DNA from: Takakia lepidozioides
Lineage: Eukaryota; Plantae; Bryophyta
Direction of reading: 5' to 3'
NCBI GenBank assembly: GCA_030704615.1
Contig: CM060731.1
Location: forward strand, 75,950,001-76,014,000
DNA: 64,000 nucleotides
This document shows, piece after piece, positions 39,401-51,200 of the stretch (position 1 is the first letter of the stretch; every line of letters begins with the position of its first letter). A model generated the notes under the pieces. The model saw only the letters and a program-made list of their open reading frames with translations. It was not told the DNA's origin and made no database searches. The position numbers were made by a program, and so were the translations under genes.

Positions 39401-42400
39401 GCATCTTGTCCTTCTGGCTGTTTGGATTCAACCTCATCCAGAGCATCAAACCGATTAGAAACTCTCAAGTTGAAGTTGTTGCCCTTGGTTGTCTTCCTAG
39501 AGCGCCCCATTGAATCACCAATGTCTAAGACCGCTCTCCAGCCAGTCAAGGGACGAACTTCTTTGAGATTGAATTGATGCGGGACTCTATTAGAAGCACT
39601 TTTGGTCATTGCAACTTTCAACGTACCCCTGTTATCAAGTCTCGAGATGGTACCATTAGCCATGAAATCCAAGCCTAAGCTAGAGCATGTAGTTTCAAAG
39701 GACACATCGTCCATCCTGGGATTCACCCCAAAAACTACACATGAAGCCCTAGATAAGTAACCAATTCCCAGGGATCACCCTGAGGAGTGTTGATGTTGAT
39801 AGGAGCTAAATTTTTGATTGTGTTCGCAGGCCATAAGTTTAAGCACAGGAACCAACCCGAGCCCAAGTGCTGAGTATGCTAGACAGAGCATACGACTGCC
39901 CAATTTGGGCGGAGGGGCTGCCCCCAAGTGGTAGGAGTCCGCTTGTTACCATTCAGAGATCACACTCCAGGGAGTTGCAGGGAATGGCCCGTGTAGGCAT
40001 ATTCTAAAGAGGGAAAGGCCCCAAGCTTTCCAACTAAATCCAATGCACTACCTTACCTGAAGCAAAGCGCTTCAGGTCGAAACAAACAAGGACACGAGGT
40101 CACAAGGCCGGCATTTAGTCACAGAAACATTAATGTACTCCCGTTTCAAGTCCACCCAATGTCAATAGGCTTCCTAGAGGAAGAGAGAGAGAGAGAGAGA
40201 ATGTACTCATAAGAGAATGTACTCATCAGAGATTGCTGTAGCCTTGAGGCGATAGACCTATGCCCAGTTTGGGCAGAACAGAGAGAACGTACCCACAAGA
40301 CATTTGCCATAGCCTTGTGGCTATGGATAGATAGAGAGAGAGAATGTACATAAAATTTGCTTGCCATAGCCTTGTGGCCATTGACCCCGCGCCCAGTTTG
40401 GCAGAGAGAGAGAAATGAAATGAAATGAAATGGTGAGAGAGAATGTACTCGCAAGATGTTGTTTGCCGTAGCCTTGTGGCCATTGACCCCGCGCCCAGTT
40501 TGAGCGGAACACAAAGGGACAGAACCTACCTCTGTCAGGGGCTGAGGTTGGTAGTAAGACTTACCTTGGTATAAAGCATTGATCCGGGTTTTCCAGATAT
40601 CCTCTAGAAATCCCTTCACACAAGCATCAATCTGCTGTGTGTGGTTTGCCCAATAACTCGGCCCCAGAAGGGCCTGGGCTTTTGGCTCAGCCTCGAGACA
40701 TTCAAAGTTGGTTAACAGAGGTACAGGCACAATTCCCTTGATAGTCTCTGGTGAGAGAACCCCGGACAGTGAATCAGGAAATGAATATTGTCTTCAGGTT
40801 GCCCACACAACGGGCAATTGCACTCTCCCTTTCCTCTCTGCTTCTGTTTGCTGTTCAAAGGTAGGCTTCCTGCCCTGAGTTTAAATTTCAGTCTAGTGCC
40901 GAGAGTTGGTAGACCCTTGAGGTCATCCAATGGTGAGAGAGAGAGAGAGAGAGAGAGGGAGGGCAACAGAGATGTGTCGTTCCAAGCAAATGCAAGCAAG
41001 TGCAAAGAAGTTCTCAAGCAATGTACCATTCATGGCCAGATTGGCCACAGCACCAGCAGCAACCCGCCTGATGGTTTCGTCTTCAGAACTCTGCAACAGC
41101 ATCAAAAGAGAGCCCAATCCTCCTGCCTCCACTATCTTCTCCTGGTTTGCTTCTGCAAAGGATAAAAGCGTACCAAAAAAGTCAGGCCAAACATGGTTCA
41201 AAAATCACAATCGGGATTACATTAAGCTCTCTCTCTCTCCCTTCTTTCCCTTAGATCCTCTGCAATCTGGAGGCATGTCCAGTGAATGACCTATTTTGGA
41301 GTCCAACATTGGTGAGACTCCCACCATGGTACGACAGAGAATCCACTACAGCCTCAGGCATTTAATTGCGACCTTACATTTGGAGATCTCTAATGTTCCT
41401 CAGTGCATTTCAAATGTCCCCCTCTTTCAAAGCATCGTAAGTGCCCAATTTGTTTCCACAATCTACATTGACCTGCATTGTACAGTAGGAGATCTGGTGT
41501 CAGTCCCCAATGAGGCCACATCAGCTAGAAGGGTGAGAAGGCCTCTAGATCTACGAGTGTAAGATGAAAACAATAAAAGAGGGAAGACAAACCTTCAGCT
41601 GCAAGATTGGCTACGACCTTCACAGCATGAACGCGAACATCAACGTCTTCAGACTCCAGCAAGGATAGTATCTTATGCAAGCCCACTGAAGCCACACAAT
41701 TTCTCCAAGTCAGTTTCTAAACTTACTGTATCACCCACAAGGTTTTCAAAGCCCACGTGAGCACCATACAGAACTTCACACTGAAAGCTTGAACTAACCT
41801 CCCCGACAATGAACAAATATCTTACCCATGAAATTTTGTAAAGCAACCCCAAATTCATCAGTCTGTCTCATATAACTGCTCCCTAGTATGCTTTCAGCAT
41901 CGATCAACCAAACACCCAGATGCCCATTATCTCTGTCCCCATTCCTCTCAGCAGTTTTTTCTGCCAGCACTTACTCTTGAAAAGAGGGGAATAAAGGAAC
42001 TTCATAACATTTTGTCTTAGAACAGGTTCAACCTTGTAGAGAGACTGTACTCACAAGTCGTTTGCTGTAGCCTTATGGCCATAGAACCTGGTAGAATGTA
42101 CTCATAAGACATTGTTTGCCGTAGCCTTGTGGCCCTTGACCCTGGCCATAGAACCTGGTAGAGAGAGAGAGAGAGGGAGAGAGGGTTGCCTTGTTCAAAG
42201 AGCTTGGCAATGGTTGCCCGCTGGCCATTAATTGTGTCACGCATGTGATTGGGCTTTGAGATGCTAATCCGTGGGCTCTCAGATCCCGCTGAGCTTCCTC
42301 TTCCAGAGCCTCCTCTCTCAATCAACCTTCTAGCTTGCTGCACACCGGAGAAGAATGGAAAATAAACTTTCGGCCAATGAAATGCTAAGATGCCTGCCAT

Positions 42401-45400
42401 TGTTAAATCATTAGGGCCGTTCAACTGCTTACAAAAACAAAGGTCCAAGAGGACTAAATCTTGTCCTCAGACCTCCCTTTCTTGGACCAACAAGGATCAC
42501 CAATATTCTTAACGTAAACAGAGATCGTCATCTGTCAAATCCAGGACTTGGTTGTCAATAGACAAAGGTGGAAGGATGCATGATAGTTTGCCATTTCCAC
42601 CGGCAACTCAGAAAAAAGGAGCAGGAGCAGTGAAGACGTCTGTCCTAACTGCATACAGTTATTGTTTACCTCATCACCCTCATCACTGAGTAGCCCCACT
42701 TGCTCTTTTAAACTTCGAATCTCCTCCTCCATTCGTTCCCTCTCCTTGAGCTCATCCTCCAGCCTCTGTCTTACAGTTAGAAGTTCATCACTCTGCTTCT
42801 GGAGGTTCCCATTGATATTCTTTCTTGATAATTGGGATCTCAGAGCTCTCAATTCTTGCTCCAGTTGCTCCCTTTTTTGGCTCTCCTTCTCCAGCGACAA
42901 TCTCAAACCCAAGATCTCACTGCTGTACTCCACTGACTGCAACAAACCAATGAGCCACCCCAGCCATTACCTTTAGACCTGCAGACCTTAAACTGTAAAG
43001 GTGATGTCTTCAAACACAAACAGGTTCCATTAGTTTAAGCTGAGAACCCTGGGTGTATTGTGCCGAGTAAGCCCCAGACAGAGAAGCCATCACTTAAGAA
43101 GAATATGTACCTGCAATTAATGAACACATACAGGACTATGCAATTGCAGACATGCGATCAACGATACTACAGAGCTCTATCCATCCATCTGTCATTGATA
43201 TGCAAACCATTCACAGAATAGGCCCATACCCTAGATAGACGACATTTAGATTACACTGGTGGTGGATTTTGCTACTTACTATGCAGGAGCCACGATGTTG
43301 GATGCTAGAAAGTAAGACTTCTTTTTGTCTACAACATCTGCTCAGAGTCCTTCTCAGACAGCTCACTTGGATCATAGACCTATAAACATTTTCAAATGTC
43401 GCACCTCACACTTGAAGTGTCTACCATTAGTGTTCTCAACTAAAGAGGAAGCGTAATTACTTACAATTAAGAGTGACTACAAGAGTTCAAACGGGATACC
43501 CCTGCCTCACCTCTTTTCTCTGGTGCTGAGGTTGGGGAGCATCAAGCAGCTCCTCCTCCAACCTCTCATGTAGAGAGAGCTTCTGCTCTTGCTCAGCTAG
43601 CTGCTCCTCTAACCTCTCACGGTGAGCCCGCTCCTTCTGTTGATCGGCCAGTGCAGCAGCTAGCTCCTTTTGGTGCTTTTGCATCTGCTCCACAAGCTCG
43701 TTGTGGTGCTTTTCCAATGCCTCTGTCATCTCCTTCTGGAGCTTCAGCTTCTCTACATGTGTGTATTTCTGTAGTATAGGCAACAAAGCACCTCAGTGAC
43801 AACCATGCTTCTGTGCTTGTTTGGAAGACATGTAAAGGCAAGGAAGAGAGATGCCTATAAACACCGTCAAAAGAGCTTGAACCTCCAAAACAGTGGCTGG
43901 GGCTGCACCTCTTGTTTCTCTGTCTGATGTTCTAAGGATATGCTTTTGACCTCCTTCTCCAACTTCTCCCTGCGAGCACATTCCACCTCCAGTTTTTGCT
44001 TCAGGTCCTCTGCCTCCTTTTGACAACGCATCTTTTCGGCTGCTGCTGTCTGTATCCACCACCACGTCCCAGCTTAATACTCAAAATGTTTTACTTGAAT
44101 GGACATGACAATGATGAAGAGACGGTTTACAAATGGCAGAAGAGCAGAGAAGAGGAGGGGCTGGGGGTTAAGTGTACAGAATCAAACCTCCGAGGTCCCT
44201 GCAAGCTTGCTCTCAGCCGCAATAATAGATTGATGAGCTTCATCGAGCCTTCTTTCTAACTCCTCCTCATTATCCAGTATGGCCTTGACCTGCCTCTCAT
44301 TCTCTGCAACCAGTCTATCCAACTCTGTCTCCAGCCTACGGCAAAGGCTCTTATAATCAAACTCCTCCTTTAGCTTCACCATGTTTTCAACTTTCATTGC
44401 CTGCATGATATGTGCAACGAGTAGAGTAAGCATCATGTTTTGCACTTTTGTGTACTGTATGGCATGCAAACCCTCATCTTATGTAGCCTCCTCCATTGCA
44501 AGGGGTCAATTTCTTTCTCTCTCTTTCCATCTGATCAATTCTGAATACCTCTATTCAACGCTATCTTTATGGTTGTATCAGTTGCTTCCTGTTTCAATCT
44601 CTAGCTGTGCCTCCATCCAATCAACTGTGCCTGTCCTCAGATTCAGATACACCAAAAAGGTCTGTTACGTGCGGTTTCGCTGCTTTTGCTAATTGATGTT
44701 CAGCCCTGGGAAGCAATAACCTCCACTCCAGCTTACGAAGAGGAAACTCACACGTTGCCCAAACATGATTGTGCTAGCAGTTTCTCCTCGATGCCGGGGG
44801 GATGGTCCAATTGTGACAATCAACGAAGTCCGTGCAGTTCCTGTAGGAAAACATGATAGTAAGGGACACCATATGAACGGAGCACACTGGTGTAGGTCCC
44901 ACTCATCAAACACTTCATTTCTGTAAACAGAGACTAATAAGAAACACTTGTGGTTCACGAATGACTCACTTCCTAGGTTTGCATCCAGGTGGCCGAAAAC
45001 AGAGGAACAATAAACAATAGGGCAAAAACAATTCTTGTCATATGTTATCCATTGATCTGTCCCTTACAAATTCTTAGTAAAAGAAACAAGTGAGCCTCTC
45101 ACACTTTTCTTTCTTGGGTGCGTGAATGGTGAGAAACAGAGAGAGAACCTCCAAAAGAATCACGAAGCATGCGGGTCAACTTGGAGTCACGAATAGGCAC
45201 ATGTGGACTGTTTTCAGCAAGGGCATTGATGCACTTTCCCAATGCTGTCAGAGACAGGTTGATGGATTTGGCCTCTTCTAGGGTATGGCCCTCACTGCCT
45301 GCCTCCACCAAGAACAAAAATGACCGTATTAAGGTAGTGTCTCTAGCACAACAACAAAAGCAAGGCATACAAGATAGCCAAAGAAGGACGCTTTGCCTCT

Positions 45401-48400
45401 AACAATAAAACATGCGAATAAAACATAGCTTTAAAGACAAAGAAGACGATTTCAATGCAGGAGTAGAATATAGACACACCAAAAGAGGGAGGGAGAGAAA
45501 AAGAAAGTGAAATGAGACAAACCAGATTTGTCAACACGCTCAGATCCAGCAAGATCAACAATCAGTAGTTTACTTCGTCGGATGGTTGGTGCACGTATTC
45601 CTTTATTTAGCTGTGGGCTGCCATTCCCATTCTCATTCAAAACAATGAGCTCCCTTTCTCCTGGTTTACTTCTAACTGTTTTCTTCACATTCACCTGCAG
45701 CATCACCATCTCACCTTGAAAGATGTCAGCACCCTTATTCTTGGTTTCTAACAGGAAGAGGGGAGAGATTGCTGCTCTGACTTGCACCTTGCAAATGCTG
45801 GCAGGTCTTACTTATGTGTAGCTTGAAAGAATTTCAAGATGCCCTAACATTCCAGGTAAAGACGTGTTACTTCTGGACCTTCAGACATTGTAGTGTTGAT
45901 GCAGCTTAACCATGCATTCAACCTACTAAGAATAAGAACCAATGCTGTCCAACAAAACACTGACTAGACAGTGTTCAGAGTCTGCACTCACCAACAAAAT
46001 TGCATGGCTGCGAGAAGACTCTGTATTCAGCTTCGTGTTGGCAGCGAAACGATTCGCCTCACCAACATCCAGAAGCCGCACAAAGCTTCGCTGATCCTGC
46101 AGTAGCACTTGAGTTGCACCAGGAACTGACACATCACCTGTCTTTGGGTCCTCCATGATTGCAATGTTGTCTCTTTCTGGGGCCAGCAAATCCTGGACCG
46201 ACTCCATATACAGCTGTGGTCCACGAATAAACACAACCCCATCAAGTAGGGCAGACCAAAGATAAGTGTTGTAGAGAACAGTTATTCCTCATTCAAGAAT
46301 ATCAGGAATACCAGGTTATGTAAGAATGGTACCTGTAGGTATGAAACTGTGACTGTATCTTCTCCAGGTGAGATATTGGCCAGAATGTCTTCCATGGCTC
46401 GGACCATGATTCCTCGGTCTGCAGTGTCTTCCTCTCCAAGTCTTCCAAGTGTAAAGGTCTTTCCCGTTCCAGTTTGTCCATAAGCCATCACTGTTCCATT
46501 GTACCCTTCAAGGACACTCTGATAGAAAACGACAATGGCAAGGGTCGTATTAGTTGCTGAGGTAGATGCTTGTGAATAAATGTGGATGCTCTTGCACAAC
46601 ACCGGCCCTGAAAACATAAAATAGGAGGGAATTTGTTCTCTCTTCTCACAAACACACACATCATCGTTATTAATTTTCAAGCTGAATGGGGTCTAGGGTA
46701 CAAGTTTGGTTTACTGTAGAAAAGGACATAGAGAAGAGATTATGATTGCCGCTACACTATGAGACAGGAATATGGTACTAACGTCTCCAACACACTGCAT
46801 TCATGCCATATTATATTAGTAAGATAGAGTATGAGTTGAATGTTTGACTGCATCCTGGGAAGAGAATGTCTCAATGGAGCATTGCTCGTACATACATAGG
46901 GTTGGGCAGTCGGCCGAGTAGGGAACAAGATAAGCTAGGGCCAAGGACTATTGTCTCAGATTTCTGTTTCTTAAAATGTACAAGGGCTAGTTTCATGTGG
47001 GCACCAAAAATCAGTTCTGTAATGTAGTAGAGGAGGGTTGAGATGTCACTGAAAGTAAAATCCTTGCTGTGTGACCTGTAGCATGGCACATGATTGTGCA
47101 AGCTTTTGTGCTACAAGCTTGCTTTCAGATATTAGAAAAGCAACTATCCAACAAAGAAGGAGAAAGAAAGAAAGAAAGAGGGAGGGATGGTATCACAACC
47201 TCCACGACAGGCTTTGCCACCACTTCATAGACACGTTTTTGAGAAGCAGTCTCCGTTAGAATTTCATCGAATTGGTAGGTCTCGCAATCCCAGTTGTTCT
47301 TGCGTAGCTTTAGTCTCTTCAACTGCAAAGCCACACACCAGATCAATGGCACAGTCAGGCAGATACAGACAGCAGAAACACAACAAAAGACCCGATCTTG
47401 CTCACAGCAACTCCTCACAAGATTATCTTTGTATGATAGAGGCTGCCGGGTACTGCATCCCAACCCCTCATAGTAATGTTTGAAAAAGCAATGTGTTTGT
47501 TCCTCACCCTAAATCAGGCTGCAAATCTATGACGAAAAATTAGAATTCATGAGAAGTGACACAGAACCTCAGGTTGAAGCTCAACGCAGTCAGCAAAATC
47601 AACGTCAGCCACCAACTCTTCTCCATTCCTGGGGCGTAGGCGCACAGCTACTCGCACCCTGTTGGGCACTGCATGACAGGTCCACACGCGCACATCTGAG
47701 ATAGCTTCCACAATATAGTCATGGACCAAGTACATTTAGGTGAGCAATAAAACCGGATTGAACACCTACTCGGTCTCTGAAGAACTGGGCACAGTAGAAA
47801 GATATGAGATGTCACCCGCAACCATAGTCGAGAAACTACATAATTTGAAAGAACCCACAAAAGCACACATGGTACAACAGCAACATTGCATTTAGTGTTT
47901 GTGACTGTCACTGTCAGTAGTGGAAGAATTCAAACCAAGAGACTTATCAGGTAGCTCATCTTCTTGATCCTGCATCTATGCCATTGATTGACTAGATATC
48001 ATGCGTCATGATAAAAGCTCTGCTACGACTATTATGGGCGCTTTAGTTGGGGCCAGGCTTCTAAAGGGTCCTTTTAGGGCTAATGGCAAATTTCTCTTTG
48101 CTCCGGCGCTCGGCTAAATTTCGTTGAGCACTGTAAACCAACAAGACAGTGTTGCAAAACCAATGTAGCTCTTGCCTTTAAACACTGTAGTTTTAAGTTC
48201 TCAAAAGTTTTCTACAACCCACCCTGCCCTTGTGCTCCATTGCTAGTCTTCATCAGGAGGCTAATCCCCCTCTTCCACTTCCATGCTCGGCCACAAAAAC
48301 CCCCTTCCTTGCCTCCCCCTACACCTAACCTACCTGGCTATTATTGCTGCATATACTTCAGAGAGATTGAGAAATGCTTTTCCGCAACTTAGAGAGATCC

Positions 48401-48751
48401 ATACGGGCAAGCAAATGACGAGGCAAAGTAGAAAAAGTCAGCCCACGTCGTCCACGCAAAATACACAGCGATGATAGAAAAAGGGCGGAAAAGGGAGGGA
48501 GGGTTGGCCGAGGAGGCACCTCCATGCTCATTTCCATTCTTGCTCGATCCATTGCTCAAACGCCTGTTGTTAGCAGAGGATGATGGGGACGGAGATGCAG
48601 ATTTGGGACGCGCAGAAGGAGACGCTGCAGGGGTGGGCGAGGAAGCGAGAGGTTTCATGCCAGAGCTCACAGAGAGGGGTCTGTCCATACGCAACACTGT
48701 TCGGGGAGTCATAGTAGACCCCCCATTCTTGTGCGCCGATGCAAATGCCAT
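33420..48751 (-). CDS. ARK: Armadillo-repeat-containing kinesin
   Basis: Kinesin motor exons ([62 protein letters not shown]), coiled-coil exons, and ARM repeats ([65 protein letters not shown]). Ends [13 protein letters not shown] at 33420. Confidence 0.96.
35230..39780 (-). mobile_element. Near full-length APE-RT non-LTR retrotransposon (LINE) in an ARK intron, 2 frameshifts
   Basis: 36805-39726: APE endonuclease (TFNFSG, QET, LGDFNAR, DYI, SDH) and RT start ([19 protein letters not shown]). 36152-37090: [26 protein letters not shown]. 35331-36218: [23 protein letters not shown]. The 5' boundary is uncertain (up to ~40140). Confidence 0.95.
39005..39410 (-). repeat. ~120-bp in-frame tandem repeat (3 copies) within the LINE ORF
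   Basis: GQS(V/A)[33 protein letters not shown]-like unit occurs three times upstream of the APE domain. Confidence 0.92.
40182..40930 (-). mobile_element. 5'-truncated second copy of the same LINE plus tandem 3'-end units
   Basis: 40445-40929 is near-identical to 35325-35829 ([25 protein letters not shown]...) with a small internal deletion. It abuts (GA)n at 40935-40957. Confidence 0.9.
42040..42182 (-). repeat. Two LINE-3'-end-derived units next to (GA)n in another ARK intron
   Basis: gtactca(c/t)aag....tttgc.gtagcctt.tggcc units match 35236-35365 and 40200-40490. Confidence 0.8.
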
Positions 48752-49799
48752 TCTCCTTTACAACATCCAAATCCTAAATGATTGGAAACGCCATAAGTTT
48801 CTCTGCTCTCAGCACCGCGGGAACAAACCAATACTTCTCTCTTCCCTCTTCCGTGACACCGGTAATGGCCCTGTACTAGGTCTAACTCGTGGGCAATTCA
48901 GTGAAACATAACAGTATAGCAGACAGTTAGAAAATACTGCTGTTTGGTGGCAAAGCTGGAATAGCCGCAACTCTCATCGATACGATGTTGATCTGTCGCA
49001 AGAGGAAGGCAAACTGGCCTCCAGAATTTCAGTCGCTTTCCACTTGTCCAATCGTTATATATGTAACTAGAGACGAAGACCTTGTTCTCCAAATGCAATA
49101 TATTCCCTCGAATGGCGAGGCCCGTGAAGCATCAGAATGGTTGACTGAGGATCTTCAACCTGAGTGACTGATTTCCTGTAAGCTCACTATCTGAGGTGCA
49201 ATAGCTGCACCGCACACGAGTTAAGATTCGTATAAATCTCTGATGATAAACCTGTGTATTTCTTAGCAACTTGGAGCTCCTTCCTAATTTGCTAGTCGTA
49301 TGGTGCACCAGAAACACATCACCGATTCAACATCAAAGTAGCTTCGTGGTGGAGGACACCCACAGCACAGTGCCTGTACTCTGTCTGATCCCTTAGGGAG
49401 CCAAGCATCCGCATAGTTGGTGACGTGGATTCAGTTGTCAGAAGGTCAGAGAATGATGCCACCACACATCTGGAGGCCCCCGCATACATTCATTCTGCAA
49501 GGAAACCCCAGAAATTACAAATCCAGACAATGACAGAGAAAGGGAAGAGATATGACAGGGGACTCGTAAGCGGAATGCCACGAACGTCAAGCAATCCCCA
49601 GGGGGAAAAAAAATGCTAGACACAAGAGTGAGAAATCACAGAGAAAAAGATTCAGCGATGCATAGATGGAACCTTTGGCACTCTTTCATCAACCGCCGCG
49701 ACACACCAAATTCGAACCATGCAAAACAGGCACACAGACAAACAAACACTCACACCAACGAGCGGGACGATTGTCCTCCAACAACTGTCATATAATCCT

Positions 49800-51200
49800 C
49801 AATGCTTCAATCCCGAGAGAAAGAGAGCCACAGGGATAGTCAGAGAGAAGATGGCGGAGGGGACGACCCCGGTAGCCGGGGGGGTCCGAAGAAGGAACTG
49901 CACACACCGCAGAACGGGCCCCGGCGAAGAGAGCGAGCGAGAGAGACAGAGAGCACGGGCGCCCGGGCCGGCCCGGGCTCCCGGCCACCCGCGCGCTCGG
50001 AACGGCGCGCACAACATCCACGTGGTGGCCACACAACGACCGCTACGCAGAACGGGCGCCCGCGCGGCCACCCGTTCTACAACCCTGTGGTTCCCCGCCT
50101 AGATCCGCGGAACTGGTGTCATTATTACCCGAAAGTTATTGCTAGAAGAAAGATATAGATAAATAAAGCTTACATTTAATTTAATTTAATTTAATATTGT
50201 TTTTTGAAAAAGGCAGATATCCAAATCTGTTTATTTTTCATTTAAACCAGAGGTACATGAACCCCAGGGCGGTGTCACCAAGCCCAACTTGAACTTCCAT
50301 GATGCCCTTGCCCCGGACAAAAATTCAAATAAAATAAATAAAGGCATGGGATCTAATGAAAAACTCGGAACAACGCCGGATCGATTCCCATCCCAAGGGG
50401 CGACGTCCTCTCCATTTGTGACCGATGAGGTTGTCCTATTCGTTCGATTTTACATAGCTGATGAAACAAAACCATCATCATCCCGGCCACCTTCTTTTTT
50501 CAACAAATGCTCATACATCAAATTAGAGCCGAAAAAAATAATCTTACGGTGCGAAGACGACAAAGCAATATCAAGGTTTTTATTTCCGGGAAGAGACTAC
50601 CACCCATCATTAGCCACTGTTGTCCACACAAATATCCAGGGAACATGTTACAAACCGGAACAGTCGAAGTGTCATGCGGAACAGTAGTATAAAACGTGGC
50701 AGCGGGACACTGGTGAGCCGACAGGACGGGTCCCACCTCTGACGCGTGGCAGCAGGTACCCGCCAGCGAGCGCGCTCATTCGGTGCACCCCTGCTGTCTG
50801 CCCTTTCCGTTTGGGCGACAGAGTCTGGATGGACAGACCACCGCCGTGCGCGGACGTAATCATCCGTCATCCCACGGATCACTAAAGCGGGCCCTTTCTC
50901 ACTAAACCCCCGCGATTAGTGAGGCGGTTAGTGAGGCCGAGGGCGGGAAGGAGGCGAGCGCGGGGGCCGCGGGGGCCGCGGGGGCAGGCACGGCGTGGCG
51001 GCTATTCATAGAAAGGGCAGTCGTGCGGCGCCGCGGGCGGAGCCCCACGTTGAGGGCGCTCAACTGCGCCTTCACGTCGCGCCCTTTATGGCCATCGCGG
51101 GCCAGCGGGCGCCGCCGACCCGCTGCGCGCCCGGAGCACGGGCCCGTGCTCCCACACGTGCGTCTGAGGCGCTTTTACGCGTGGAACTGTCATCGTCTTC
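49800..51200. promoter_or_regulatory. GC/CpG-rich islands flanking an AT-rich spacer; likely ARK promoter/5' leader and possibly a divergent promoter
   Basis: Very GC-rich blocks at ~49850-50110 and ~50700-51200 lie ~1-2.5 kb upstream of the ARK ATG. Confidence 0.45.
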
